From the NCBI GenBank assembly GCA_050124335.1, contig JASFFK010000001.1, positions 1 through 27,850 of the forward strand: 27,850 nucleotides of DNA. The letters are read 5' to 3'. Under the pieces are notes generated by a model. It did not search any database, was not told the origin of the DNA, and saw only the letters and a program-made list of their open reading frames with translations. A program made the position numbers and the translations under genes. The DNA comes from Chromatiales bacterium. Lineage in GTDB: Bacteria; Pseudomonadota; Gammaproteobacteria; Chromatiales; Chromatiaceae. Each line of letters opens with the position of its first letter. Position 1 is the stretch's first letter. Below are positions 10,101 to 19,401 of the stretch, piece by piece.

Positions 10101-11060
10101 CCGGATCTCGCCGCCGGAACCAGTCGCCGCACCCGGGTCAGGAGAGATTGCCGTCGGGTGATTGTGCGTCTCCACTTTCATGAGGATGTGGATATTCTCA
10201 TCATGGTAGCCATAGGCATGGCTGTCAGGATCTGCAAAGAAACGTCGCCCACGATGCCCCGTGATCACTGCAGCGTTGTCCTTGTAGGCCGAGAGCACGT
10301 TGATCGGCGAGATCTCGGTGGTATTGCGAATCATGTCGAACAGCGAATACTGCTGCTCCTTGCCGTCGATGATCCAGCTGGCATTGAAAATCTTGTGGCG
10401 ACAATGCTCCGAGTTGGCCTGGGCGAACATCATGAGTTCGACATCGGTCGGGTTGCGCTTGAGTGCGTTGAAGCTCTCGACGAGATAGTCGATCTCGTCA
10501 CCGGAGAGTGCGAGCCCCCAGTCGACGTTGGCCTGCTCGAGGGCCTCCCTGCCACCGGCGAGCAGGTCCACGGTACGCAACTTTCCGGGATCTGCGTGCA
10601 GGAAGAGCTGCTCGAGAGCGTCGTTCTCGTTCAGGAAGACCTGTTCTGTCATGCGGTCATGTAATGCCGGCAGCGCCGCCTCGAGCTGTTCCTGCGAGAG
10701 CCCCTTGCCCTTGTGCGTCATGTTGTATGCCACGCCGCGCTCGATCCGCTGCACGATCCCGAGCCCGCAGTTGTGCGCGATATCGGTCGCCTTTGTCGAC
10801 CAGGGAGAGATGGTGCCGGCGCGGGGCGCAACAATCAGCAAGCCCTCCTCCGAAACCGCCTCCGTTTCCGCCGGGGGACCATAGGTCAGCACTCTACCGA
10901 GCAGCTCAAGGTCCTTCCCGGAGGCCTTGCCGGCATACTCCACGAAGTGGATAAAATGCGCACGAACATCGACCTGATGGCCAATGTCCCTCTTCAGTGC
11001 CTCGGCGAGACGTTGTAGACGAAACGAGGAGAGTGCCGGTGCACCGTGAAAAATCTGCAT
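7164..11060 (-). CDS. purL: Phosphoribosylformylglycinamidine synthase, large single-chain type
   Basis: Start reassigned to [11 protein letters not shown] at 11060 (1298 aa). [40 protein letters not shown]; glutaminase GVCNGCQM and MPHPER. Confidence 0.98.
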   Translation of the reverse strand: MQIFHGAPALSSFRLQRLAEALKRDIGHQVDVRAHFIHFVEYAGKASGKDLELLGRVLTYGPPAETEAVSEEGLLIVAPRAGTISPWSTKATDIAHNCGLGIVQRIERGVAYNMTHKGKGLSQEQLEAALPALHDRMTEQVFLNENDALEQLFLHADPGKLRTVDLLAGGREALEQANVDWGLALSGDEIDYLVESFNALKRNPTDVELMMFAQANSEHCRHKIFNASWIIDGKEQQYSLFDMIRNTTEISPINVLSAYKDNAAVITGHRGRRFFADPDSHAYGYHDENIHILMKVETHNHPTAISPDPGAATGSGGEIRDEGATGIGGKPKAGLTGFSVSNLQLPKAPKPWEADHGRPGRIVSALDIMLEGPIGAAAFNNEFGRPNLCGYFRTYEQRVEHADGTELRGYHKPIMLAGGVGNIREEHIEKKPFPAGTPLVVLGGPAMLIGLGGGAASSMTSGTSAEDLDFASVQRSNPEMERRCQEVIDRCWARGSSNPILFIHDVGAGGLSNALPELVHDADKGGKFELREVPNDDPGMTPMEIWCNEAQERYVMAVDADRLEEFRAICERERCPYAIVGEAMDDEHLLLGDRHFNANPIDMPMSLLFGKPPKMTRDVETLEVRYADLDVSGMDIKEAALRVLSLPTVADKRFLITIGDRTITGMVARDQMVGPWQVPVADCAVTLTDYDNVTGEAMAMGERTPLALVDAAASGRMAIGEAITNIAAAPIDKIGHIKLSANWMAAAGHPGEDARLFETVRAVGLELCPALGLSIPVGKDSMSMKTVWESQAGEPREMTAPLSLIVSAFAPVSDARRSLTPMLRQNHGPSTLVLIDLGRGKNRLGASALAQVYSQVGNGCPDVDEPQLLRNFFQAIQALNREGLLLAYHDRSDGGLLATLAEMAFAGRCGLQVSLDTVDSNDIPALFSEELGAVIQVSDEHLDNVMKMLGSFGMEDHVRVIGKPLYDDEQILFMRGDRVALRASRSELQAAWSETSWHMQSLRDNPECADEEYARITDLQDAGLSPYLSFDPDADIAAPYINTGAAPKMAILREQGVNGQVEMAAAFDKAGFETVDVHMSDIISGRTSLETFKGLVACGGFSYGDVLGAGGGWARSILFNSKARDEFEAFFNREDSFSLGVCNGCQMLSGLKELIPGAAHWPRFVRNRSEQFEARLSLVEILESESLLLRGMAGSRIPIAVAHGEGRAEFASANDMHNAQVSLRYIENDGSMAEKYPANPNGSPAGITGLTTTDGRVTIMMPHPERVFRTVQFSWAPDGWGEASPWLRLFRNARAWVG

Positions 11061-11152
11061 CGTGACTTCCGTTTGGGGAAAATTTTCTGAAGGAATTCTA
11101 CTACAGCAACAGGGACCGTTTCGCTCCTGATTGCGCACGCCGGCGCAAGCAT

Positions 11153-11917
11153 TCAACCGAGATCAAACCACTGGCTGGGATTATCCTGGTGCAGGACGGA
11201 GAACCTGCTGCCGAGCGATGAATCGAGCGAATCGAGCGCGGACCGGACAAGTGCCGGATCATTGTTTTTCTCGCTGATATGCGCCGCAACCAGGTGTTTC
11301 CAGTTGTGGTGGTCAAGCTGGCTCACCAGACCGGCGGACTGCGCATTGCTGAGGTGGCCGTGATCACCCCCGACCCGGCGTTGCAGGGAGATCGGGTATG
11401 GTCCGTTACGCAACATCTGCAGGTCGTGGTTGAATTCGAGCAACAGGGCATCGAGCTGCCGGAGCCGTGACAGAATATGCGACGTGATCGACCCGGCGTC
11501 GGTCAGAATGCCGAATCTGCTGTGGCCGTCTGCAAACACATACTGACAGGGTTCTGCCGCATCATGCGGGACAGTGAAGGGGCTGACGCGAATCTCCCCG
11601 ATACGGAATTCACCGCTGTTGGCGTTGATCTGGTGGAGTTCACTGGTTTCCGGCCATTCACTGCACCGCAGCGTACCTGCGGTGGCCCATATCGGTATGG
11701 CATGGTGTCGGGAGAGCGCCTGCGCCCCGCGCACATGATCCGCATGTTCATGCGTCAGCAGCAATCCGTCAATGTCATCGCAAGCCAGGCCGACGTGACC
11801 GAGACGGCGCTGCAACTCTTTCCGCGTGAAACCGCAGTCGACCAGCAGAAGCGTCTCCCCTGACTGCAACAGCGTGGCATTGCCGCGACTGCCGCTGCCA
11901 AGGGAGAGAAAGCGCAT
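11153..11917 (-). CDS. Metallo-beta-lactamase-fold hydrolase (YycJ/WalJ-like)
   Basis: SLGSGSRGN start, THEHADH metal motif, [17 protein letters not shown]. Confidence 0.9.
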   Translation of the reverse strand: MRFLSLGSGSRGNATLLQSGETLLLVDCGFTRKELQRRLGHVGLACDDIDGLLLTHEHADHVRGAQALSRHHAIPIWATAGTLRCSEWPETSELHQINANSGEFRIGEIRVSPFTVPHDAAEPCQYVFADGHSRFGILTDAGSITSHILSRLRQLDALLLEFNHDLQMLRNGPYPISLQRRVGGDHGHLSNAQSAGLVSQLDHHNWKHLVAAHISEKNNDPALVRSALDSLDSSLGSRFSVLHQDNPSQWFDLG

Positions 11918-11932
11918 CCGGGAGTATCGCTC

Positions 11933-13099
11933 CTAGCGCAGCTGCTCGTGCAGCAGGGTCAGAATACGTGACGCGGTCTGCGCGGGCGCGGGGTTGCCGT
12001 TCTGGTTCCGGACCGTGACGGTCGCTGGCTCTTCACCGCTGACATTGACGACGAAGACCTCGCTCTTGCCCCCCTTGTCGGACGAACTCCAGAAAGCGAG
12101 GTTTGACAGCCACCCCTCATCATCCACGTCATCGGACGGATCGTTGTAGCGCACGTAGTAGTCACCGGCACTGCGATTACGGTCCTCGACCGTGAAGCCG
12201 ACCCGGTTGAGGGCAATGCCGACGAGGCGCCAGCTGCGGGCAAAATCGGTATGGATCGCCATATAGGGCGAATCACTGCCGGTATAGAGCGTCGACACTC
12301 GCTTCGACGTGGTGCCAGCCGTACTGCCAAGCTCTTCTTGTGCACGCGCCTCTGACGTACCCATGAAGGCCATGAGTTTCTGCAACATTACTGCCTCAAG
12401 TTCCTGGTCGGATCCCGAGGGTATCCAGACACTCTGGTCTGTATCGGTTTCAGCGATGCCGGAGACAAGTTGCTCTCTCATACCGGTGTGCGTCAGGAAG
12501 AGTTCGGTCCCGGAACCAGCACGTTCGAGCCTGACGCGATACTGGTCACGCGTGCCCGCGGCATAGAGCCCGTCGACCGCCTTGCGAAGGAAGTTGGTGA
12601 TCATGTCCGTCTTGATATCCGCACGGTTCTCGATCCAGGTGGTTCGCATGACACCTGCAGAGGGATCCTGCTCGACGAGCAGAATGCCGTTCTCCTGCCA
12701 GAAATCCAGTACGGTATCCCAGACTGCCTCGGCAGGCGCCTGGATCACGAGCCAGCGCTTGTCGCCGTCGCGGCGCACCTCGATTTGCGGATTGTCCGGC
12801 AGTACATTCCTGCTGCTTCTGCCACTGACCGGGGCACCGCTCCTTGCGGCCTGATACTCCGAATAGGTGGTCACGGCAGGACTCGATCCGCTGAACATGA
12901 CACCGCCCTGGGCAATGGTGTCCTGGGAGAGATCCGGTGGTACTTCGAGGGCATTCTCTGCCTGGCGTGACTTTTTGTACTCGACCCGCTTGTCGGGCAG
13001 GATGTTGCCCTCGTTGTAGGTCGTGCAGGCATTCAGTGCGAACGCCATAAGAGCGATCACGAGAATGCGAATTGGATAATCATTCATTCTTTTCACCAT
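11933..13099 (-). CDS. bamC: Outer membrane protein assembly lipoprotein BamC (NlpB/DapX)
   Basis: Lipobox LNAC, LEVPPDL motif, position directly downstream of dapA. Start could be 13087. Confidence 0.88.
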   Translation of the reverse strand: MVKRMNDYPIRILVIALMAFALNACTTYNEGNILPDKRVEYKKSRQAENALEVPPDLSQDTIAQGGVMFSGSSPAVTTYSEYQAARSGAPVSGRSSRNVLPDNPQIEVRRDGDKRWLVIQAPAEAVWDTVLDFWQENGILLVEQDPSAGVMRTTWIENRADIKTDMITNFLRKAVDGLYAAGTRDQYRVRLERAGSGTELFLTHTGMREQLVSGIAETDTDQSVWIPSGSDQELEAVMLQKLMAFMGTSEARAQEELGSTAGTTSKRVSTLYTGSDSPYMAIHTDFARSWRLVGIALNRVGFTVEDRNRSAGDYYVRYNDPSDDVDDEGWLSNLAFWSSSDKGGKSEVFVVNVSGEEPATVTVRNQNGNPAPAQTASRILTLLHEQLR

Positions 13100-13105
13100 C
13101 GGTTC

Positions 13106-13984
13106 CTATTGCAGGCCCGCGTGCTCGAGTGCTTCACGGACAGCTGTGTGGTATTCGTCGTCCAGCCAGATCAGAGGCAGGCGGATTCCGTTATCGATAA
13201 GCTTCATCTCGGCGAGGGCCCATTTGACCGGGATCGGACTGCTCTCGATGAACAGGCGCTGATGCAGCAGCGCCAGCTTCTCATCGACCATCGCGGCTGT
13301 CTCCCTGTCAGCGGCCAGGGCAGCGACGATCATACGGTGCATCTCGGCCGGTGCGACATTGGCAGTCACGGAGATTACACCATTGCCTCCGTTGAGGACG
13401 AACTGGCGCGCCGTGTCATCGTTGCCGCTGTAGAGCGCAAAGTCGTTGCCACAGGCTTCGCGCAATACAGCAACGCGCTCCGGCCCGTCTGCAGCAGCTT
13501 CTTTGAGACCGACGATGTTGGGAAGTTCACTGAGCCGTATGACAGTGTCGACGCCCATATCCACTGCCGTGCGGCCCGGCACATTATAGAGAATCTGCGG
13601 GATATCGACCGCTTCGGAGATCACCCTGTAGTGCTGAAAGAGGCCTTCCTGGGTCGGCTTGTTGTAATAGGGAGTGACGAGCAGTGCCGCGTCTGCACCG
13701 GCCTTTGCAGCAAAGCGGGTCAGCGCGATGGCCTCGCTGGTCGAGTTGGCACCGGTGCCCGCGATGATCGGCAGACGGCCGGCTGCAAACTCGATCGTGC
13801 GCGTGATGACTTCGCAATGCTCATCGTGATTGAGTGTCGCGGACTCCCCGGTCGTGCCGACTGAAACGATTGCATCCGTACCCGAGTCGACATGCCAGTC
13901 GATCAGCTTTTGCAAGCTGTCGTAATCGATGGCGCCATCGGCATGCATTGGAGTCACGATGGCGACAATACTTCCAGAAATCAT
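13106..13984 (-). CDS. dapA: 4-hydroxy-tetrahydrodipicolinate synthase
   Basis: GSIVAIVTPM, GTTGES, PYYNKP, LYNVPGRT and the Schiff-base Lys in GLKEA. Confidence 0.97.
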   Translation of the reverse strand: MISGSIVAIVTPMHADGAIDYDSLQKLIDWHVDSGTDAIVSVGTTGESATLNHDEHCEVITRTIEFAAGRLPIIAGTGANSTSEAIALTRFAAKAGADAALLVTPYYNKPTQEGLFQHYRVISEAVDIPQILYNVPGRTAVDMGVDTVIRLSELPNIVGLKEAAADGPERVAVLREACGNDFALYSGNDDTARQFVLNGGNGVISVTANVAPAEMHRMIVAALAADRETAAMVDEKLALLHQRLFIESSPIPVKWALAEMKLIDNGIRLPLIWLDDEYHTAVREALEHAGLQ

Positions 13985-14013
13985 TCAGGGAGTCCGGTGA
14001 TCAGAATATCGGG

Positions 14014-14043
14014 ATTTTAACGCGCCCGTTGACGGATGAACAA
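14014..14043 (-). promoter_or_regulatory. Candidate sigma70 promoter of dapA
   Basis: Minus strand TTGTTC (14043-14038), 18-nt spacer, TAAAAT (14019-14014), about 30 nt upstream of the dapA start. Confidence 0.4.
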
Positions 14044-14074
14044 CAATGATTCGGAAAGCGTGAACAACCCGCAG

Positions 14075-15184
14075 TCAGGACTGCAACTGCGCGATCCTTT
14101 CAAGGAGCGGAGAGATGACCGGCTCGATCTTGCGACGCATGAGACTGCCGATTGCCGTCGTGTCACGCAGGACCGGACGTAAAACCCCGTAGCCCAGGCC
14201 TGACAGCAGATACATGGTCTGAATCTCGCCGGCACAGTCGGGGCATCGCTGGAGCACCTCTTCGACAGCCTTTGCAGGCTCTGTCCTGCCGGCCTCCGCG
14301 TCCTGCTCGAGTTCCCCGAGCGTCATGTCCACCCTGCCCTCCGGGCGCATGCCGGAGAAATAGAGCGCGAGGTTGTCGAGCGTCGCTGTGACCATCTCCT
14401 GCGTGCCCGGTTTCTTCAGTACGCGGACAACTGTGTCCAGGAACGCCTGGCCTGCCGGGGAATGCACCCTGAGCAGGAGCGCTGCGACGGGATTGTCAGC
14501 GGCGATTGCGGAAAGCCGTTGCTGCAGCTCGTGATAACGCGCCGATGCCTGTTTCTGTTCGGGAAGATCGTCCGGGCAGGCCGACAGGAAGCCGACGTAG
14601 TAGGCCGGCTTGCGCCTGGCACGCGCCCAGAGATCCTCTTTCGCCTCATCACTGATGAGCCCCGGCTTCAGCACCAGCGAGACCGTGACCATCATCTGCT
14701 CGATCTCGGTCTCGAACGGGAGATAATCGACGAGGTAGTGCGCGAGAACAGGCCCCATATCCCCCTCGCTGACAGCATCACGCATGAGCATCCGGCGAGC
14801 GTTCTCGGCATCCTCCATGGCCCACCATGCCCTGCGGGCAAGCTCATCGGTAATCCCCGGCGCACAGACGACAGCAACGACTGCCTCGGGTTCGCCGAGG
14901 AGCAGCAACTGGTCGAGGTTGTCATCACGCATCTGGCCCATGCGTGTCCAGCGCTGCAGATAGACAGGATATCCGCCCGGTGAGCCCAGCACATGCCCCG
15001 AAAGCATCTCCCTGACACGCTTGAGGTACTGTTCGTCGCGACAGTTGGGATTGAGCTTGACCTGCACCTCCTCATGGCCGGAGAGACCATAGAGTGTCAT
15101 GGATGACTCATGAATACGAATTGCCTGCGGCTTGTTGGCAAGCAGTACGTTGATACGCAGGCTGTCTTCAGCGGACAGGTCCAT
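14075..15184 (-). CDS. dsrS: Sulfur oxidation protein DsrS
   Basis: N-terminus DLSAEDSLRINVLLA..QAIRI and GSPGGYPVYLQRWTRMGQ match DsrS; position after dsrR. Confidence 0.9.
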   Translation of the reverse strand: MDLSAEDSLRINVLLANKPQAIRIHESSMTLYGLSGHEEVQVKLNPNCRDEQYLKRVREMLSGHVLGSPGGYPVYLQRWTRMGQMRDDNLDQLLLLGEPEAVVAVVCAPGITDELARRAWWAMEDAENARRMLMRDAVSEGDMGPVLAHYLVDYLPFETEIEQMMVTVSLVLKPGLISDEAKEDLWARARRKPAYYVGFLSACPDDLPEQKQASARYHELQQRLSAIAADNPVAALLLRVHSPAGQAFLDTVVRVLKKPGTQEMVTATLDNLALYFSGMRPEGRVDMTLGELEQDAEAGRTEPAKAVEEVLQRCPDCAGEIQTMYLLSGLGYGVLRPVLRDTTAIGSLMRRKIEPVISPLLERIAQLQS

Positions 15185-15199
15185 CGGCGGGCTGCCTGG

Positions 15200-15514
15200 T
15201 CAGTCAGTTTGCGGGGGGACGTAGTTGCTGTCCTTGGGATTCAGAAAGATGAACTGCTGCTGCCCATCGTCCAACTCGACGAAGTCGAGCGTGGTTTCAT
15301 CCAGAAGCGGCACATATTCCGGCGCCATCACGATCTCGACGCCGGATTGCCTGAAGCTGATATCGTCATCAGTGACATCATCGAAGCCCATCCTGTAATC
15401 ATACGAACCGTCATCGTTCCTCACCGCAGCCAGACGCAAGGCCATCCCTTCCGCCCCGCCCCGGGACGCGGCGCTGCGAATCTGTTCAGCTGCCGACTCT
15501 GTTAATGTAAACAT
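15200..15514 (-). CDS. dsrR: IscA-like protein DsrR
   Basis: Start reassigned to MFTLTESAAEQI at 15514 (GAGG SD). IscA/HesB-like pattern (YRMGFD, LDFVELDDG..FIFLNP) without cysteines; between dsrN and dsrS. Confidence 0.9.
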   Translation of the reverse strand: MFTLTESAAEQIRSAASRGGAEGMALRLAAVRNDDGSYDYRMGFDDVTDDDISFRQSGVEIVMAPEYVPLLDETTLDFVELDDGQQQFIFLNPKDSNYVPPQTD

Positions 15515-15533
15515 ATCAACCTCTCGTGTTCGT

Positions 15534-16901
15534 TTATCTGCAGTTTCGTACATGCTCAACGAAACGCCTTGCCCAGTGATGGCCCTCGATGTCGCGAAGG
15601 TGGGTATAGCCGGCCAGGACATTCTTGTAGACAAGACCGTCATTTTCACCATCGATACCGTGCCCGCGATGCATGCGGTAGGCAAACTGAAGCCCGGGAT
15701 CAACCTGCTCCAGGTGCGAATAGTGAAACTCGTGTGCCGGCACCAGGGCGCCTTCGCCAGCTGTCCGTGGCCAGGGATGCGCCGGCGTTTCCTCGATGCG
15801 TACGTAACCCCGTCCCTGCGGACGGCTGTCCATTACGACGTCGGCCGGTATTATACCCGCCATTTCGCAGAGCCTGTCACCCCAGCGAATCGAACGGCAG
15901 AGATACATCAGGCCTCCGCATTCCGCGTAGATGACACCGCCGGCATCTGCAAAGGCCGCCACGCCGCGTCTCATTGCAACGTTTGCCTCGAGCTCCCCCA
16001 TCAGGGTTTCAGGAAAACCGCCACCGATGAAAAGGGCGTCCACATCCGGCAAGGTCGCGTCATTGATCGCATCAAACCAGACGATCTCCGCGCCCGCGTT
16101 GCGCAACGCTTGCAGATCACCCGCGTAATAGAAACCGAAGGCCGCATCTTTTGCGACGCCGATTTTGACATCTGCCACCGGCAGGTCCGCCGTGACTGTG
16201 ACGGGTGTGATCTCCGGCGCCGTCCCGGCAATCGCTATCAGCCTGTCGAGATCGACACCCTCGGCAACAGCATTCGCGATGCGCGCAATCACCTGTTGAG
16301 CCTCGTCATGCTCGTTGCTCGGCATCAGTCCAAGATGGCGTTCATCGATCACCAGATCACTGGACTTGCCGACTGCGCCGAGAACAGGAATGTCCGTGTA
16401 GGTCTCGACCGCATTGCGCAGCTTGGACTCGTGGCGTGACCCGCCGACCTGGTTCAGGATCACGCCCGCGATCTCCACCTCTGCGTCAAAGGTCGCGTAG
16501 CCGTGCAACAGCGGTGCAATACCACGCGTGATGCCGCGTGTATCGATGACGAGAACAACCGGTGCCCCGAGCAGATTGGCCATGGCCGCGTTACTGTCCG
16601 ATCCGTCCGTACTGATGCCGTCGAAGAGCCCCTTGTTTCCCTCGATGAGACCGATATCCGCATCCTGCATGTGGCTCTGGAAGAGCCGGGTGTTGGCCTC
16701 GGGGGTTTCCATGAAGACATCGAGGTTGTAACAGGGGTTGCCCGCAGCAGCACCGAGCCAGAGCGGATCGATATAGTCGGGGCCTTTTTTGAACGGCTGG
16801 ACGCGCAGCCCCTTGCGAACGGCCAGAGCAGCGCAAAGGCCGATACTCACGGTTGTTTTGCCCGATGACTTGTGAGCCGCGGATAGATAGAGGTAACCCA
16901 T
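15534..16901 (-). CDS. dsrN: Siroheme amidase DsrN (cobyrinate a,c-diamide synthase family)
   Basis: SAAHKSSGKTT P-loop, FKKGPDYIDP, EGNKGLFDG, glutaminase GGGFPE and AECGGLMYL; dsr context. Confidence 0.93.
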   Translation of the reverse strand: MGYLYLSAAHKSSGKTTVSIGLCAALAVRKGLRVQPFKKGPDYIDPLWLGAAAGNPCYNLDVFMETPEANTRLFQSHMQDADIGLIEGNKGLFDGISTDGSDSNAAMANLLGAPVVLVIDTRGITRGIAPLLHGYATFDAEVEIAGVILNQVGGSRHESKLRNAVETYTDIPVLGAVGKSSDLVIDERHLGLMPSNEHDEAQQVIARIANAVAEGVDLDRLIAIAGTAPEITPVTVTADLPVADVKIGVAKDAAFGFYYAGDLQALRNAGAEIVWFDAINDATLPDVDALFIGGGFPETLMGELEANVAMRRGVAAFADAGGVIYAECGGLMYLCRSIRWGDRLCEMAGIIPADVVMDSRPQGRGYVRIEETPAHPWPRTAGEGALVPAHEFHYSHLEQVDPGLQFAYRMHRGHGIDGENDGLVYKNVLAGYTHLRDIEGHHWARRFVEHVRNCR

Positions 16902-16918
16902 GGCGTGGGAGTCTACAA

Positions 16919-16949
16919 GAAAAAACGCGGACTAAATCCGCGTTTTTTC
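16919..16949. terminator. Intrinsic terminator-like hairpin between dsrP and dsrN
   Basis: Perfect 13-bp inverted repeat GAAAAAACGCGGA-ctaaa-TCCGCGTTTTTTC; on the minus (coding) strand the GC stem is followed by TTTTTTCTT. Confidence 0.8.
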
Positions 16950-16968
16950 CGTGATGGACAGGTGAGTA

Positions 16969-18189
16969 TCAGGCCGCTGAATGCGGATCTGCAATCCTGT
17001 CTTCCAGGGAGACTGGCAGGATCTTGAGCATGCGCATGCCGATAACGGTAATGAGCAGAGCCACACCGAGACCTCCGATGCCGAGCAGGACCTCCGGCAG
17101 CGAGGGAGTGTAGGCTGCGATTGCACCGCCGACACCATCATAGAAACCACTGTCGATGATGGTCTTGTCAGGGAAGAGCGACATCGGGAAAGCCTGCCCG
17201 CCGATGATGATGACATACATGGTCGCCAGTCCGCCGAGAATAACCATGACCGATGCGGCGGTCAGCCAGCTGCGCTGCATGCCGAGTGCCGGGTGAAAAA
17301 CGATCGCCAGCGGAAGCAGGCCGCCGACCAGCACCTGGCCAATCCAGAACATCATGGTGTAGACACCGCCGTTGAGCAGGATAAAAGCCTCGTAGGCGTG
17401 ATTTTCAGTCCCATAGAGGTTCGTCAGATGATAGATCACCATAAAGAACAGGTTGGCTGCGACAAAAATGCCGAGCAGGTTTTTCAGGCGCTGCATGACC
17501 GCGTCGCCGAGCGGGCGCTGGTCGCGACGGAATGCATCCATGAGGACCAGGATATAAATCGCCATGCCGAAACTGAAGGACATGATGATGAACCAGGGCG
17601 CCATGATGGCCGCATCGTAACCCTGGCGCGCAACCAGGAATCCGAAGATGGAACCTGTACCGGTCGTGAGGATCAGACGCCAGACGAACGCCACCATGCC
17701 TGCCGCCTTGTAGTAGCGCTTCACCTTGCGATCCATGATGGTCCAGAGATAGATCGCAACAATGGCGATAAAGCCGTTATAGAGGATGATGTTCCAGGCG
17801 AAGATCGACTTGAAATTGTAGGTCGTCATGGCGACGATCAGGCGCTCCGGGCGTCCGAGGTCAAGGACCAGTACCAGCAGGCCGCCAATCAGCAGCGCGA
17901 TAGCCAGCAGTCCTGACAGTGGTGCAAGAGGCTTGTAGATGGTCTTGTTGAAGACAGAGCCGATCGAAGCGACGTTCAAAGCCCCGGAGGCCGCCACGAT
18001 CAGGAAGACCGCAAAGACGTGCGGTGTGCCCCAGACGATCTGGTTGTTCATTCCGGACACCCAGTGGCCGTTGTGCTCCATGTAGAGTGCCGCAAGCCCG
18101 CCGACGCCGGCGACAGCAGCAAGCACGGCGAGGATCAACCAGTATTTCGGGCTTTCGATGCCCCACTCTTTGTAGAAAATCTTCTTCAT
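16969..18189 (-). CDS. dsrP: DsrP, NrfD/PsrC-family membrane subunit
   Basis: About 10 TM helices; WGTPHVFAVFLIVAASGALN and DLGRPERL motifs. Confidence 0.95.
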   Translation of the reverse strand: MKKIFYKEWGIESPKYWLILAVLAAVAGVGGLAALYMEHNGHWVSGMNNQIVWGTPHVFAVFLIVAASGALNVASIGSVFNKTIYKPLAPLSGLLAIALLIGGLLVLVLDLGRPERLIVAMTTYNFKSIFAWNIILYNGFIAIVAIYLWTIMDRKVKRYYKAAGMVAFVWRLILTTGTGSIFGFLVARQGYDAAIMAPWFIIMSFSFGMAIYILVLMDAFRRDQRPLGDAVMQRLKNLLGIFVAANLFFMVIYHLTNLYGTENHAYEAFILLNGGVYTMMFWIGQVLVGGLLPLAIVFHPALGMQRSWLTAASVMVILGGLATMYVIIIGGQAFPMSLFPDKTIIDSGFYDGVGGAIAAYTPSLPEVLLGIGGLGVALLITVIGMRMLKILPVSLEDRIADPHSAA

Positions 18190-18201
18190 CTTTGCTCTCG
18201 C

Positions 18202-18963
18202 TTACACGCCGCTGTAACGGACACCCGTATTGAGTTTCAGATCGGCACGGATCTGGACTGTCGGGTACTGGGCAAGCGCCTGTGATACTTCACTGTTCGG
18301 ATCCCTGAGATCACCAAAGATGATTGCCTTTTCCGGGCAGGCATCCTGGCACGCGGTTGTCGTCTGGCCGTTATCGAGGCGATGTACACAGAAGTTGCAT
18401 GATTCGACACAGCCCTTGCCACGCGGCGCGAGGCTCGGCTTGATGTCGACGTTCTCGTGAATGAAGGAGCGCGCCTTGTAGGGACAGGCCATCATGCAGT
18501 ACCGGCAGCCGATACAGGTGTGACGGTCGACCATGACGATGCCGTCAGCACGTCGAAACGACGCGCCTGTAGGGCAGACATCCTGGCATGGCGGGTGTTC
18601 GCAATGCTGGCACATCATCGGCAGATTCGTGACATGACCTGTGAGGTTATCCTGCACCTTGACCGTGCGGATCCACTTGGGACGCTGCTGGTCCCAGGTC
18701 GCCTCGTCTGCGCCTTCAGGCATGCTGTAGGCAGTCAGTCCGTTCTCTTCGTTACAGGCCTGGACACACTCGTCGCAACCATCGGCACATTTGCTGGTGT
18801 CGATCATCATGCCCCAGCGCACCTTGTCGGAGACAGCTTCATCTCTCGGCGCTGCCTCGACAGTGTGCAGAAGCACGCCCGGTGCGACGGTTGCAACCGC
18901 TGTGGCCGCGCCTTTCTTGAGAAAGTCACGGCGATTCTGGTCTGTTTGCTCTCTGTTATTCAC
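18202..18963 (-). CDS. dsrO: DsrO, Tat-exported Fe-S protein
   Basis: RRDFLK Tat motif; CADGCDEC, CQHCEHPPC, CIGCRYCMMACP and CNFC clusters; GTG start. Confidence 0.95.
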   Translation of the reverse strand: MNNREQTDQNRRDFLKKGAATAVATVAPGVLLHTVEAAPRDEAVSDKVRWGMMIDTSKCADGCDECVQACNEENGLTAYSMPEGADEATWDQQRPKWIRTVKVQDNLTGHVTNLPMMCQHCEHPPCQDVCPTGASFRRADGIVMVDRHTCIGCRYCMMACPYKARSFIHENVDIKPSLAPRGKGCVESCNFCVHRLDNGQTTTACQDACPEKAIIFGDLRDPNSEVSQALAQYPTVQIRADLKLNTGVRYSGV

Positions 18964-18984
18964 TTCGCCTATTCCTCTCCAGCC

Positions 18985-19386
18985 TTATTCCGCGGGTACC
19001 GGGGAGTGACACTGGAAACAGTCGAGTTTGACGCCCGTGTAGGCATGACAACCTGCGCAGAACTGTGCACCGTCAGGGCCTTGCATCGCATTGACAGGCA
19101 CGTGACTGCCATTCTCGGTATTCACATGACAGGCAACGCACTCCGAAAGGCTTCCATCCACAGTACGAATTCCCTGGTGTACGGTGATATCACGGTCATG
19201 CTTGAGCAGGGCCATGTGATTCTTGCGCATCCACTCGGTTTCACGCACGCACTGTCCACCGGAGGTCGCGGCATTCGAGTTGGTGTTCTCTCTCCACTGG
19301 GGACCGGCCTGGCTGATGCCGGTGATGGCAAGCGCCATCACCAGCAGCATCAGTGAGAGCACCCCGCGTTTGATGCGATACGACAT
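18985..19386 (-). CDS. dsrJ: DsrJ, periplasmic triheme cytochrome c
   Basis: Signal peptide; three CxxCH (CVACH, CAGCH, CFQCH); CVRETEWMRKNHM segment carrying the Cys/Met axial-ligand candidates. ATG at 19386 preferred (GGAG SD). Confidence 0.95.
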   Translation of the reverse strand: MSYRIKRGVLSLMLLVMALAITGISQAGPQWRENTNSNAATSGGQCVRETEWMRKNHMALLKHDRDITVHQGIRTVDGSLSECVACHVNTENGSHVPVNAMQGPDGAQFCAGCHAYTGVKLDCFQCHSPVPAE

Positions 19387-19401
19387 CAGCAACTCCGCTC
19401 G

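Noticed and set aside
11078-11125. PurR box or purine riboswitch upstream of purL (GAAAATTTTC palindrome, GCGAAACG half-site)
   Set aside because: Neither matches the full PurR consensus with its central CG, and I see no recognisable ZTP or purine riboswitch core.
11061-11156. N-terminal extensions of purL (to 11156), dsrR (to 15703), pfkB kinase (to 3683) and DUF350 (to 1507) in the ORF track
   Set aside because: The extensions overlap upstream genes or lack family similarity; downstream ATGs match the family starts and, for dsrR and DUF350, have clear SD sequences.
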